Of a stretch of DNA of 64,000 bases, positions 25,426-38,885 are shown in pieces; the first letter of the stretch is position 1, and every line of letters begins with the position of its first letter. The stretch covers positions 2,418,001 through 2,482,000 of the forward strand of contig NC_081396.1 of assembly GCF_030684315.1 (NCBI RefSeq). The letters are read 5' to 3'. The translations under genes were made by a program, and so were the position numbers. The stretch comes from Stegostoma tigrinum (lineage: Eukaryota). The notes under the pieces are model-generated. The model searched no databases, had not been told where the DNA came from, and saw nothing but the letters and a program-made list of their open reading frames with translations.

Positions 25426-25849
25426 AGGTTGATTCATTGATTGATTCATTGACATGATTCTTGGTCTTGTGCAGCTTTTGTGTCCCTGCTTTCAGTATTA
25501 CAGCATCGCTGGACAGGTTCATTGGTAGATATCTCGAAGCTCGAGTAGAAAATACAGAAATTGCTGGAGAAACCGGTCAGAGCTGGTAACGACGAGACAG
25601 GCGGAGGATTGAGAGTGAGACAACTGGGGTGGAGGAGGAATTTCTTCTCGCAAAGGGTGGTATTCTGTGGATTTCCTTACCATACAACCTATCGAGTTTT
25701 GGTTGTGAAGTGTGTTCAAGTTTGAGATATATTTTTTAATCAATGTGGGTATCAAACAGAAAACAACAGCCGGCACTTCACAGACGCATTTAAAACACTG
25801 ACATGTTCCATATGAGGACGAGACTTTAATTGATTGTTCGCCCCGAAGA

Positions 25850-26350
25850 GACACAACGAATCCTCCAACGTGCGGAAATTGTGGCTACGTGGGGATTGTG
25901 GTAACGGATTTAATTATCCAAAACTGTTAGAAATCCATCAGCACAGTCACACTGGAGCGGAATCAGGGAAATGTGAGGACTGTGATAAAGAATTCGATTG
26001 CCCATCTGAGCTGGAAATCATCGACACGGTTGCACTCGGGAGAAACCTGCTCTGTGTATGGGGGGCGATTCACAAAGCCAGCCACCCTCGTTATACATCA
26101 GTGAGTTCACACTGGGAAAACGTAGTTCATTTGTTCCAAGTATGGGAAGAGATTCAGCAATTCATCCATCCTGCTGAGACATCGGTGATGCCACGCTGGG
26201 GAAAGTCAATTTACCTGTACTTTGTTGGGAAAAAAATTCACTCAATCTTCCATCCTCACTGCACACCAAATTACTTATATTGGAGAGAAGCCATTCACCT
26301 GCCCTCTGTGTGGGAAGAGTTGAAAAGTTATCTAATCAGATAACATGTCA
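25850..26350 (+). pseudogene. C2H2 zinc-finger pseudogene
   Basis: [22 protein letters not shown] and CEDCDKEFDCPSELEI, then frameshifts. Confidence 0.8.
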
Positions 26351-27738
26351 GCAAGGCTTCAATTCTGCTGTTAATCACATCCAGAAATGACAGTCTGATA
26401 ATATTTGGATTATTTTTTGCTGATTTTAAAAACAGCTATGCCTAGCAAGAGTTTAATATTATGGAAATGATTCAGATTCAATTTTTAAGCAAACATTTTT
26501 ATCAGATGGAACCTGAATCAAAAACTGGTCTGAGATCTATTCAAGATGCACTTGATAAGGTTATATCAAGAAATCCAAACTGTCTGTGACAATGAAGATC
26601 TATATGCTATACTAATAGGATCAATATTGTCCTTGATCCAACCATCACCAAAGTTGCCCACCTGAAACCAGGAAATACCAGATCTCCCACTTGCAGGAGT
26701 AGACGGATGTCTCACTCAGTTACATGAGACTGGGAGCTGTAATCCTGTGGAACAGAGTTTTCCCAGTCCCCATTTATGTTCTCCCACAGGTTCCTGTCAT
26801 TTCTGAGTTGGACAAGTGAAAGCTGGGTGAAGGTTGAAAATGGTCTCTTTGCAAGCAGAGAGGCGCTTCAAAGGATAGAATTCCAATTGAACTAATCAAG
26901 CACACAAAGTCCCATCTACTATCACACCCTCATGGCCTCAGCTTCTGTCGGGAGGACAGAACTGTTTCACAGGAAACACATGATCCAATTTACATAAACA
27001 TGACAGAGAATTGTGAAATTTCAAATCATGCAGTACTAGAAGTGGGGTGAGCAGTCTGGTAATTTAGCAACGGTGGAGAAATGGTACTGAATTGAAGCTG
27101 GAAGTTGACAATGTGAAAATGATCGTGTTACTTCTGGATGACATTACCTGACAGCAGCATGCAGGTCAGCAATATCAGAGCTAAGACTTAGAGAGGAAAG
27201 GAATGTCTGAAGTGGAGGGTTAGCCTGCTCAGGAGAGTCAAGTTTTCTTCAAACAAGGTTGAGGGATTTAAAGGCATGAGGGACAAAATGACAAGACAGA
27301 AACTGTTCAGAATATTGGCGAACGTGTAGGTTGGACACTTTGCATGTTAGTGGGAATAGGTTCAGAGGAGTAGGAAGTACATCTTGTCAGCAAGACAAGC
27401 TCTGATAGGATGAAGGGACAAAATGTAATTGGAGGATAATGGGAATTCTGGGCCCAGTGAGCTATTGGAAGGGAGGGAAAGAGTAGGAGCAGAAGATTAG
27501 ATTGTCTAAATTCAGTGACAAAGAAGGTCCATGAACTCCTCCTACTTGTTGGAGGTGAGGATGGTGGTGAGAGGGAGCGCCCATCAAAATGAATTATGGT
27601 GAAAATTTAGCAGACTGACACAGAGCTGATTTATTTGACTTTTATTCAGTGTATTAACACATAATAATGGGAGTTATCAATATCAATGAGCATGGTTGTT
27701 TCCAGGAAGTAGTTAAGAGCAAAATTCAATACATGCAA

Positions 27739-28860
27739 TCATTTATGAACTCGCTGGTGTCTCAGCAGGTTGGATGAGTGAGTAAATCCCTTACCACAAT
27801 CCATGCAGGAGAATGGCCTCTCTCCAGTGTGACTGCGTTGGTGTACAATGAGGTCAGATGATCGCTTAAACCCAGCCCCGCAGTGAGAGCACCTGAAAGG
27901 TCTCTCCTCAGTATGAACACGCTGATGGCGTGTCAGCTCACCAGAACTTTTAAAACACTTTCCACAGTCTGGACATGCAAATGCTCTCACCTCTGTGTGA
28001 ACATGTTGGTGGAGAATCAGTACCCTGGAACTTTTAAAGGACTTCCCACAGTCTGAACATTCAAAAGGTCTCTTGTCAGTGTGAACCAGCCGATGTGTGA
28101 AAAGGTGGGATGACTGAGTGAACCCCTTCCCACAATCGCTGCAGGTGAATGGTCTCTCTCCAGTGTGAATTCGCTGGTGTTTAGTGAGTTGAGATGATTG
28201 CCTGAACCCAGTCCCACATTGAGAACACCTGAATGGTCTCTTGTCAGTGTGAACATGTTGATGGGATGTGAGATTGCTGGAACGTTTAAAGCACATCCCA
28301 CACTCTGGACATTTAAAAGGTCTCTCATCAGTGTGAACACGTAGATGGGACATCAATTCTCCTGAACTTTTATAGCATTTCTCACAGTCTGGGCATTTAA
28401 ACGGTCTCTCCTCTGTGTGAACACGTTGATGGGACATTAGTTCCCCTGAACTTTTAAAGCATTTGCCACAGTCCGGACACTGAAAAGGTCTCTCATCAGT
28501 GTGAACACGTAGATGAGACATCAGACTGCTGGCACTTTTATAACACTTCTCACATTCTGGACATTTAAAAGGTCTGTCTTCAGTGTGAACCCACTGGTGT
28601 CTCAGCAGGCTTGATGAATGAGTGAATCCCTTCCCACACTGAGAGCAGATTAACGGTCTCTCTTTGATGTGAACCCACTGGTGTCGCAGAAGATGGGCTG
28701 ACCGAGTGAATCCCATCCCACACTCTGAGCAGATGAACACTTTCACGCCAGTATAACTGCATTTGTGATTTGTGAGGCCAGCTGATTGACTGAAGGCTTG
28801 TCCACACACACAGCACATGTACGGCTTCTCCCCACTGTGAGCGGGACTTGTCCATTCCAT
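27739..28860 (-). CDS. C2H2 zinc-finger protein, 12 intact fingers plus 1 degenerate, no KRAB
   Basis: Open frame with first ATG at 28860 ([13 protein letters not shown]), ending HQRVHK*. Confidence 0.9.
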   Translation of the reverse strand: MEWTSPAHSGEKPYMCCVCGQAFSQSAGLTNHKCSYTGVKVFICSECGMGFTRSAHLLRHQWVHIKERPLICSQCGKGFTHSSSLLRHQWVHTEDRPFKCPECEKCYKSASSLMSHLRVHTDERPFQCPDCGKCFKSSGELMSHQRVHTEERPFKCPDCEKCYKSSGELMSHLRVHTDERPFKCPECGMCFKRSSNLTSHQHVHTDKRPFRCSQCGTGFRQSSQLTKHQRIHTGERPFTCSDCGKGFTQSSHLFTHRLVHTDKRPFECSDCGKSFKSSRVLILHQHVHTEVRAFACPDCGKCFKSSGELTRHQRVHTEERPFRCSHCGAGFKRSSDLIVHQRSHTGERPFSCMDCGKGFTHSSNLLRHQRVHK

Positions 28861-29919
28861 GTTCAAAATCTGATGAATTTCTGATTATGGCGAATGTGGT
28901 GCCTCTCTGAGATCCTGATGTGATGTTTGGTTTGAGGTTCCTGATGGCAAATCCTCCTTCTCTAATACCCTGTGAAGTTTATTTAGAACAGAATAGTGTG
29001 AAAGAGAAGAGAATTGACAAAAACACAAAGGGAAGTTATGAAATGGAGCTGAAAGAGTCTGGCAATTTCTGGGGCAGACACTAGAAAGAAGTGACCACAA
29101 AAGCTACCAGTTTGTTAAAGAAAACAAACATGCCACCCAGTCTGGACTACACAAGGCTTTGGCTTCAACGGTGGAAGGAGAGAAGGGAGAACAAGAAAGA
29201 GAGAGAGAGAGAACTGGGGAGAAAGAGTGTATGAGAGGGGTGAATCAAAGAGAAAGTACAGAGGGGAACAGAATGTGTGCAGCAGCGATGAGAGAAAGTG
29301 TAGCCGGGAAGCGGAGCCAGATTGTGAGAAGGGTGGCCACAATGTGAAGTGTGCGACAGCCAGAGAGGGGAATCGGTGTGAGAGCATGAGGAGGGAGCGA
29401 GGAAGAGGATAAAAGGGAATCTAAGAGAATGAGGCAGTAGTCAGTATATTATAGAGGGAGGGAATCAGGAGGATTGACCTTTCGCCCACTGTCCGTCTCC
29501 TGGTCACTGGGAACCTGACGCCCCACCCACTCATATGACACCATCAAGTGGATCGTGTGTCCACTGGTTTCCCCCTGAACCTGTTTACCAGAAAATGCCC
29601 TGCAGCTGCAAGCATGGCTCCTTCAGCATCTAATTCAGTATTTCAGGCCTCCCCAACTCACACCTCCATTCCTTTCCTCACCTGCCCTACCCCAACTTCC
29701 TCACCGTGGCTCCATTCCCTACCCCGCTATCCCCTGTCCACCACATCATTAATGATTACTCTGCCATGTATCTTCTTTTAAAGTGATTTTGACACTTCTC
29801 TTCCTTGTGGAAATACCCTGAGATTAGATTTCTGGATGGTTATAGGAATAGGAAGGGTTTAAAGGGAAAGGGACCAAAAGCTGCAAATGGGACTGGATTA
29901 ATTTAGGATTCTTTTTAGA

Positions 29920-31035
29920 ATGGAGTGTTGTAACTAGTGCTGTTCCACAGGGATCAGTGTGAGAACTTTGCTTTTTGTGGTTTAGAGAAATGATTTGGGA
30001 GAAAACTTAGCCGGTCTAATTAGTAAGTTTGCAGATGATACAAAGTCTGGTGGAGTTGCGGATAGTGAGGAGGATTGTCAGAGGATACAGCAAGGCATAG
30101 ATCAGTTGGAGGTGTGGGCAGAAAAAACGGCAGATGAAGCTCAATCCAGACAAATTGCATTTTGGAAGGTCAATTGTGGGTGAAATTTACACAGTGAATG
30201 GCAGAACCATTAGCAGAGGGATCTGAGTGTGCGGGTCCACAGATTATTGAAGGCACTGGCACAAGTAGATAAAGTAGTAAGAAAAACACCTATGTCATGC
30301 TTGCCTTCATTAGAAGGTGCATTGGGTACAAGGATAAGCAAGTTATGCTGCAGATTTATAGAATTTTAGTTAGGCCACACTTGGAATATAGTACAGTCTG
30401 GTCACCACCCTACCAGAAGAATGTGGATGCTTTGGAGAGGGTACAGAAAAGGTTTACCAGGATGTTGCCTGGTATGAGGGATTTTAGCCATTAAGAAAGG
30501 TTGGATAGACTGGGAGACAATAAGGACTGCAGATGCTGGAAGCCAGAGTCTATAGATGTGAGGCTGGAATAGCACAGCAGGTCAGACAGCATGAAAGGAG
30601 CAGGAAAGTCAGGTTTCGTGCCAAAACCCTTCGTCAGGACTCCGATTGGGTTTGTTTTCACTGGAATGTAGAAAGTTGAGGGGAAACCGGATAGAAGTTT
30701 GTAAGTTTGTGAATGGCATGGATACAGTGAAAAGTATGAGGAGTTTTCCCAGGGTGAAGGGGGACACAGGCTCAAGATGCGAAGGAGGGGGTTGGGTGGG
30801 GGCGGTGCATTTTTAAGGAAATGTGCAAGGCACATTTTCCACACACAGAGTGGTGAGTGCCTGGAACACATTGCCAGAGGACGTGGTGGAAGCAGATGCA
30901 AGAGCAGCATTGAAGGAGCACCTGGATGAATTCATGAAGAGGAAGGGAATAGAGGCATAGGAATCCGGTAAGTGAAGACAGTTTTTGCATAGAAGTGCAA
31001 AATGTGTCATTGCAGGCCTGAAGAGCCAGTTCTGT
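29920..31035 (+). mobile_element. CR1 LINE 3' fragment interrupted by a solo PLE repeat
   Basis: ISKFADDTK, LVRPHLEY and ALERVQKRFTRMLPG in shifted frames. Confidence 0.85.
30515..30643 (-). mobile_element. Solo hammerhead-bearing repeat (variant 2) inserted into CR1
   Basis: Minus strand AGTC-CTGACGA-agggttttggcac-GAAA-cct-GACT. Flanks gactggg (30508-30514) and gattggg (30644-30650). Confidence 0.75.
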
Positions 31036-31680
31036 GTTGTTCTTTGTTTTATTTCTGGTTGGCATGGACATGTTGGACCGAAGGGTCTTTATCCGTGCTG
31101 TACATCTCTCTGTCTCAACTCTCCCCACCGGTTCCCCACATATACCTTCCCTGAAGGTATTGACTCTAAGTGACTTAAATTCCAATTTTTCTATTTTCTT
31201 CTCTATCCCTGATAGTGAATATTCAATGTGTTGACTCTTTGAATGTTCTATCTAATTAATCCTACATCCTATTGTCAAAACAAGGCCTATCTACTGTCAT
31301 AAGGCAAGAATGGAAAGGTTTTCCCTTTGGTTACTTCTCAGACTTATTCAACACTGTGGATTGATCAATAACATAATGTACTCAGCATATATTAAGTGTT
31401 CACTGGTTAATTAAGCACAGTACTGCAGAGTTTAAATCAATAAATCTCCACATCCCATATCCTACCATGGCATTATTAACGTGGAGCTAAGTTAACACAG
31501 AAACAATGCAATAGCAGAAGTAATATCACATTTGCACATCTTCAAACACTGAAATGCCAGTCAAATTATTGACAGTTCTCAGCAGTCTGGAGAAACAGCA
31601 GTGAAGAAAGCCATCATGAAAGGAGCTGATCTTCTGTTCAAGTCCACTGCCTTGCCTGCTGACTACATAGTCAAACTAAG

Positions 31681-31817
31681 TAAAAACTAAAAGAACTGTG
31701 CGTGCTGGAAATCAGAAACAAAAAGAGAAGTTTCTGGATGAACTCAGCAGGTCTGGCAGCATCTGTGGAGAGAAATCAGAGTTAACGTTTTGTGTCAGGT
31801 GACCCTTCCTCAATACT
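31681..31817 (-). mobile_element. Solo hammerhead-bearing repeat (variant 3), degenerate
   Basis: Minus strand agta-ttgagga-agggtcacctgacac-aaaa-cgtt-aact-ctgatttctctccacagatgctgccagacctgctgag. Same family as 62065-62160. Confidence 0.65.
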
Positions 31818-32404
31818 GCAATTTTTGTTTGTGTTTCATCACCAAACTCTCCACTCCTGATCACTTTACTTCACAGCTCAAGACAATTCCACCACGTCAG
31901 AATGGTCCTCCCCCTGGGATCCCACTCCCTATTACTACTCAGGAGACTCATGACTCTGTGGTTTCTCCAAATCTCCAACAAACCTTAGCATCCTCCCTGC
32001 TACAGGCACACAAAGAACAACCACCCATTCCTTCTCCATCAACTGATCCATGGCGGGGCGGGGGGGGAGTGAAGTGACATCAAAACCACTGTTAAGAAGG
32101 AGCTAAGCTGTAGGATCAAACGGATAAATCCACATGATAAAATTGAAGATCAAATCTACAACAGCTCGAGGCCATTTGGGGACAGGCAATAAATGCTGGC
32201 ACAGTCAGAAAGGCCCAAATCCTCTACATCCAGAAAACAATGCTGTAATATATTTTCCTGCAAACATCTTGGGAATCTTTGTTCTTTAAGCTCGCATTAT
32301 TTCCGCAGTGATTAGTTCTTACTTTTATTGATTGCCATTCCCTCCTCGACTCTCACATCGTAGCGAACAAGCTCACCAATGGCAGTGTCTTTACCCATAA
32401 TCCA

Positions 32405-32800
32405 AAGCGATGACGCATGTCCTATATGTTTGTCACAGGGGCACATTGTGCAGACGCAGTAACGCCTAGAGTTCAGGACACACGGAGTGACTGTGGTAAC
32501 AATGAGCAGAGACCTGTTTTTCTTCTCGTCCGCGGACGGTTAGGCTGCGAGATCACGGAAGGAATACCGGAGCCATGGGAGGACAAGAAGTGTTAATATA
32601 CATTTATTAGGCACATCAAACGTCGATTAACCACCCTCAAGTTACGTGTTTACATCCATGAGGCCTTACGCGAGATCAAGTTCTGACGAACAGTCACCAT
32701 CTTGGCTCCGCCTTGTGTTCAGCGCATGCGTAATTGGCTCCGTGTCGCACAGTGGGTGGGACTTCAGGGCCTCCAATACCACAAGGTCCTTGCGCCCGGT
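32405..32800. promoter_or_regulatory. Paralogous ZNF promoter cassette
   Basis: Aligns with 12100-12330 (acaatg.gcagagac, catttatta...acatcaaac.cgattaac, aacag.c.ccatctt). NRF1 gcgcatgcg at about 32722. Confidence 0.65.
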
Positions 32801-32820
32801 GATACATGACAGATATAAGT

Positions 32821-33961
32821 GATAATGGGAACTGCAGATAATGGAGAATCTAAGATTCTTCAAAGACCGCAACTTTCCCCCCGCAGCGGTCGAGAATGCC
32901 CTTGACCGCGTCTCCCGCATTTTCCGCAACACATCCCTCACACCCCGCCCCCGCCAAAACGGCCCCAGGAGGATCCCCCTCGTTCTCACACACCACCCCC
33001 CGCCAACCTCCGGATACAACGTGTCATCCTCCGACACTTCCGCCATCTACAATCCGACCCCACCACCCAAGACATTTTTCCATCCCCACCCCTGTCTGCC
33101 TTCCGGAAAGACCACACTCTCCGTGACTCCCTTGTCTGCTCCATACTCCCCTCCATCCCCACCACACCCGGCACCTTCCGCTGCAACCGCAGGAAATGCT
33201 ACACTTGCCCCCACACTTCCTCCCTCACCCCCATCCCAGGCCTCAAGATGACTTTCCACATCAAGCAGATGTTCACCTGCACATCTGCCAATGTGGTATA
33301 TTGTATCCATTGCACCCGGTATGGCTACCTCTACATTGGGGAAACCAAGCGGAGGCTTGGGGACCGCTTTGTAGAACACCTCTGCTCGGTTCGCAATAAA
33401 CAACTGCACCTCCCAGTCGCAAACCATTTCAACTCCCCCTCCCATTCCTCAGACGACATGTCCATCATGGGCCTCCTGCACTGCCACAATGATACCATCC
33501 GAAGGTTGCAGGAACAACAACTCATATTCTGCTTGGGAACCCTGCAGCCCAATGGTATCAATGTGGACTTCAGAAGCTTCAAAATCTCTCCTTCCCCCAC
33601 TGCATCCCAAAACCAGCCCAGCCTGTCTCTGCTTCCCTAACCTGCTCTTCCTCTTACCCATCCCTTCCTCCCACCTCAAGCCGCACCTCCATTTCCTATC
33701 TACCACCTCATCCCGCCTCCTTGGCCTGTCCATCTTCCCTGGACTGACCTATCCCCTCCCTACCTCCTCACCTATACTGTCCTCTCCACCTATCTTCTTT
33801 TCTCTCCATCTTCAGTCTGCCTCCCCCTCTCTCCCTATTTATTCCAGTTCCTTCTCCCCATCCCCCTCTCTGTTGAAGTGTCTAGGCTCGACACGTCAGC
33901 TTTTGTGCTCCTGAGATGCTGCTTGGCCTGCTGTGTTCATCCAGCTCCACACCTTGTTATC
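32821..33961 (+). mobile_element. Penelope-like element (family 1), 5'-truncated with inverted tail; degenerate hammerhead at 33870-33897
   Basis: FFKDRNFPP... then a frameshift, then GIY-YIG ORF 33248-33640 (VYCIHCTRYGYLYIGETKRRL). 32821-32856 is an inverted copy of the repeat tail. Ends ttgttatc. Confidence 0.9.
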
Positions 33962-34401
33962 CCAGTGTTCATAAAGTCCTGTATTTATAAAGTTCCTTCC
34001 TAAACTTACAGGAGAATTGCATCCAATCCTAGGAGCCATTCTTTTGGACAGATGTCAGGGTCTTGGAGTGGGTGTGGAGGAGATTTACTGGAATGGGAGA
34101 AGGGATGAGGGACTTCAGTGAATATGGAGAGACTGGAGAAGCTGGGATTGTTCTGCTTTGAGCAGAAAAGGTTCAGAGAAATTTAATCAACGCGTTCAAG
34201 TAAATCAGGGAACGTGTTTCCAGGAGCAGGTGGGGTCAGTGACCGGGGGGAAACAGATTGAAGGAAATCAGGAAAAGCCCCAGAGGAGAAGATGAGGGGT
34301 ATTTCTGTTTGAATGCAGTGAGTTGTAGGGAATGCACTGCCTGAAAGGGAACGGTTTCAATGTCAGTTTAAAATGGAACTGGGAAAACAGGTCTGGGAAA
34401 T

Positions 34402-34585
34402 TCTCCTCTCCAGCTATCTTCTCCTCTATCCATCTTCGGTCCGCCTCCCCCTCTCTCCCTATTTATTCCAGAACCCTCTCCCCATCCCCCTCTCTGATGA
34501 AGGGCCTAGGCCCGAAACGTCAGCTTTTGTGCTCCTGAGATGCTGTTTGGCCTGCTGTGTTCATCCAGCTCCACACTTTGTTATC
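34402..34585 (+). mobile_element. PLE family 1 3' terminal fragment
   Basis: Near-identical to the reverse complement of 47613-47795. Ends ttgttatc. Confidence 0.85.
34494..34521 (+). ncRNA. Minimal type I hammerhead ribozyme motif (intact core)
   Basis: CTGATGA a GGGCCTAGGCCC GAAA c GTC. Confidence 0.6.
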
Positions 34586-35259
34586 CCTAACAGATAGTTG
34601 GCAGCTTCAGCCATCCCAGGCTATGGTTCTGATCAGTGAGAGGCTGGACCACTGCAGAGTTACCTGAAAGGGCTGCCCCTTAACGATGAGTGACACTGCA
34701 GCCTCCCAATCCTGGTCTTTCAATTGTGCAGTTTGGTCGGAGGAGAGAAGAGGTCATAAAAAGGAGGCTGGGTAAATCAGAGGATTTCTACCTAGATTTG
34801 CTTGTGCTAATACGGTGATTTGTAGGGTTTATTTGAGCAGGACCTCTTTGTGAATTGTGGGGTCGGGGGCTTGAATGGGGAGGGTTTCTATGGCTGAAGC
34901 TAAGAAATAGGTACAGGAATAGGCCATTGAGCCTGCTCTGTGACACATTAAGATTTGATCTGATTGTGGATTCTCCCATATGCCTGGACAATACTGGTGA
35001 GGGAGAACACAATATCACTGGGTACATTGGTGCTGACCACAACTGGTTGGTATCTTAGAATACAGAATATTCCATTAACACCTGGAGCTACATTCTGATT
35101 TACTTGAAACGTTTCCTTAGCTTACCTTGGGAATTTTGTTGATGAATTTAGCTTCTTTTAGTTTGCCTGGATCACATGTTTTGGGGAACAAGAGAGGAAT
35201 GAATATTCCATAGAAACTAAAAGTGTCTCAGTCCGAGTTGATCATGATCCTAACATTGT

Positions 35260-35980
35260 TATCTCCTTGCAAACAAGATTCTGAAGCCAAACTCACTTTG
35301 AGATTGATTAAATTGTGTTAATCATCAGATGAGGAAGATCATTGGCCTTTGAATGTAGAAGGAGAAATGGTTTGCAAAACAATTTCAAACAGTAGCATGA
35401 CTGGAGTAGCACCAAGACACAGATATGTTCACCCAAATGAGAGCATTCCACTGGACTGGCTGTGGAAGGACCAGTTAAACAGCCTGATAAACATTACATT
35501 GTGTATGTGATGACAACTGACCACCTAAGGTGGACAGACATAATGACACCCACACCACGGAGAAACCTTTGAAATATATGTTCTGTTTTAATGTACTCAA
35601 GTGTCTGCCTGTGTTGGGAATTCATCAGTGTATTCAAACTGGGAAGAGACTTTTCACCTGTACTGAACCTGTGACTGGATTTTCTCATTTATCCAGTTGC
35701 TGAGATATCACTTTATCTACTCTGATGCGACAATGTTTACATGTTCGGACTGCAATATGAGCTTTAAAAACAGCAGAAACACCAATACTTTCAGACTGGA
35801 GAGAAGCCATTTACCTGCTGGGTTTGCAGAAAGGAATTTACTTGTCCACCTAATTTTCTGAAACGCCAATCAACTCATGCTGGGGAGAGGCCATGTTTCT
35901 GCTGTGGCTGCGTGAAGGGATTCACTGGGTAATTCATCCTGCTGCTGCACCAGAAAATTCATACAGCAGAGAAGCCCCAT
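35260..35980 (+). pseudogene. C2H2 zinc-finger pseudogene
   Basis: Leader remnant (gatcattggcctttgaatgtagaaggagaaatg) and broken fingers ([21 protein letters not shown]). Confidence 0.75.
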
Positions 35981-35987
35981 TTCCTTT

Positions 35988-36324
35988 AAGGGATGAGGGC
36001 ATCGCTGGCTAGGCAGCATTTATTGCCCATCTCTCGTTGCCCAGAGGGCAGTTCAGAGTCAACCACATTGCTGTGGTTCTGGAGTCACATGTAGGCCAGA
36101 CCATGTAAGGATGGCAAATTTCCTTCCCTAAAGGACATTAGTGAACAGATAGCTTTTTTCAACAACTGGCAATGGATTCACAGTTATCATTAGACTCTTA
36201 ATTCCAGATATTTAATCAATTAAAATCCCACCATCTACCATGGCAGGATTTGAACTCAGGTCCCCAGAAAGCTGAGTGTCTGGAATAATAGTCCAGTGAT
36301 AATACCACTAGGCCATCGTCTCCC
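35988..36324 (-). mobile_element. tRNA-derived SINE, same family as 4795-5144
   Basis: A box tggcctagtgg and B box gagttcaaatcc on the minus strand. Confidence 0.8.
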
Positions 36325-36699
36325 TATGTGTGGGTTAATTGTGAGGAATATGTCCTAGCCTCTCTCCTGCATGGCTCTGAGGTAGGCTCAGAAAGAAGGC
36401 TCCTTTATGATTGTGTTCAGAGTCTGACAAGAGGACACATTAGATGGGCTCTGTCAAGACCCATCAGTCTCAATCAAGTTACCTCTGAATCTTATAAACT
36501 TAAGTGCAAATAAACCCAGTCTGTTCACCATTTCTTTGTAAAACTACCATCCAATTCCTGTTATTTGTTTGGTAAACGTTCTCTGGATTGCTCCATTCAG
36601 ATCTGAAAATAACTAGTAATTTTGGTGCAAAGATTTCAAATGTTTCTGTGACCTTCCTGAGGTGACCATTGTCATGTCAAAACAACAATGTGCATTTGT

Positions 36700-37565
36700 T
36701 TAGACCAGTGTCTCAATTTGACCTCATCCCATTTGCCAGCATTTGGCTCATATTGCTCTGATCTCTTTCTATTCATATACCCATCAAGGCATCTTTTAAA
36801 TATTTGTAATTGTACCAACCTACATCACATTCTCTAGCAGCTTGTTCTACACATTAACCACACCCTTTCAGAAAAAGGTGCCCCCAGGTTCCTTTTAAAT
36901 AATTCTCTTCTCTCCTTACACCTATGTTGTCTAGTTTTGAATCCCCTACCATAGGGAAAATGCTTTGATTATTCACCCTATTCATGTCCCTCATGATTTG
37001 GTAAACCACTATGAGGTCACCCCTCAGGGTCTGATTATCCGGGGGGAAATGCCCCAGTCTAATCAGCCTTTCCGTTTATCTCACACTCTCCAATCCTGGA
37101 AACATCATTGTAAATCTTTTCTGAACTCTTTCAGGTTTAACAGCATCATTCGTGTAACAGGGACACCAGAATTTAATGCAGTTTCCTAAGAGTGGGCTCA
37201 GCAATGTCCTGTACAGCCACAACATGACCTCCCAACTCCTGTATTCAATGCACTAGCTAATGAAGACAAGCATGTCAAACACATGCTTCCCCATACTTCT
37301 ATCTCTGACTCCACTTTCAATGAACAATGCACCTGCACCCCCAAGTGTCTTTGTTCAGCCAACATTCCCTCGGGCCCGACAGTTAGCTGTTTAAGTCATG
37401 CCTTGGATTGCCACATCAAAATGCAACACCTCCCATTTATCTAAATTAAACTCCGTCTGCCAGTCCTCAGCCTGTTGGCCCATCTGATCAAGGTCCTATT
37501 GTATTCTGAGATAACCTTCTTCACTCTGCGCTGCACCACCAATTTTGGTGTCATTTGCAAACTTC
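36700..37565 (-). mobile_element. CR1 LINE 3' fragment
   Basis: Reverse complement contains KFANDTKIGG and DWQTEFNLDK plus a CR1-type 3' UTR. Confidence 0.8.
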
Positions 37566-38084
37566 TGAACTATAGATAGTTCTGAGGATGGAGGAGATTA
37601 AATACCCTGGAAACAAATCTACACAGTTGTAAGGCTGGAGTAGTTTACAGAGATGAGGAGGGTCGGGAGACTGCAGGAGATTGTCATCCAAACAGCGCTC
37701 TGAAGTACTTACAACACATGCAATGCACAATTTAAAATGGCAGTTATCCACGGCTTTGTTCAAGTCAAATCAATTTGTGGAATAAATACTGGTCTGGGCA
37801 ACGATGCATAAATTAAAATTAAGATCCGTTTCTGTTTTATGGAGAGGTAGCAGAAGCTCAGATAATTCTCCTTGGAGCCGAGATCAGTGATTTTGGTGCA
37901 GGTGTAGATTTGTTTCCAGGGTATTTCATGTGCAGGAAGAGAGAGAGACATTATTAATATTGTCACAATGTTTGGTAACGACAGAATACAGCTTTCAGAT
38001 AATTGGCAAATAATACCAGGTGAAAATGTAAAGATTACGTGAACCTGTAAGAACCTAAACGTCTGCTAAACGCAGACTTAGCAG

Positions 38085-38207
38085 CAATGCAGTGTAGAGC
38101 TGGAGGAACACAGGCCAACCAGCATCAGAGGAGCAGGGAGGTGGACGTTTCGGGTTTACACCACACTGGATTGACTTTGACTCCAACATATGGAGTTCTT
38201 GCTGTCT
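38085..38207. mobile_element. Mini PLE-repeat insertion with internal inversion and degenerate 13-bp TSD
   Basis: Minus segment ...ggacgtttcggg (cccGAAAcGTC) followed by a plus-strand tail. Flanks gcagacttagcag (38072-38084) and gcagatttagaag (38208-38220). Confidence 0.6.
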
Positions 38208-38469
38208 GCAGATTTAGAAGTTGCTCAGAAGAGGTTTAAGATTTGCAGACTTATGGCAAAGCGGAGGGGAGTTGGGCTCGATTTGACCAGAAGATCATTT
38301 ATGGTGATTCTCGAGTGAGAGGGTACAGCCGTAATAGGCTGAATGGCCACAAACCCCTCCCTGTGCTCTGAAATACGGCTCCATTCACTGTGAAAGATGA
38401 AGCTGTCCCAGGGAAGCGCAGGGGAAAGCTGCATTTCACAGCACATCGGGGCCCACTTGATTGACGGAA

Positions 38470-38885
38470 GATATAGGCCAATAGGAGGACGGGGAAAGGG
38501 TGGAGGACCAAGCGGGCGCGGCTGGTCCTTCAACCAATCAGTGTGAATGGGGGCGGAGAAAACCGTGCGGCACGTGACCACATGCGCAGTTGGTGTAGTG
38601 TCGCTATGACTGGCGCCTGGGTGCGGGAGGTTAGTACCGTACTGGGGGAGAAACAGAGACCAGGAGAAAAATAGAGCCAGTCTGGACTGGGATGTTTTAT
38701 AAACATCCAGTATACGCCTCTAGATCAAAATTAGAAACTATAGGTCCTGCGTTTACGGCAACAGAAAAGCGATTACGGGCCTCAGGCTGGGACAGGCCCG
38801 TGAGGGCAGCCGCCATTTTTATTAGGGGCAAAGTGTAGCAGAACGCATGCGCATGTTTCTTCTTGGGTGGGGGTGGAGCGGAACG
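38470..38885 (+). promoter_or_regulatory. Paralogous ZNF promoter cassette
   Basis: Two CCAAT boxes, GC box ggggcgg, cacgtgac, catgcgca, donor-like ag/gttagt (38630), YY1 gccgccatttt (about 38809) and NRF1 cgcatgcgca (about 38844). Confidence 0.7.
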
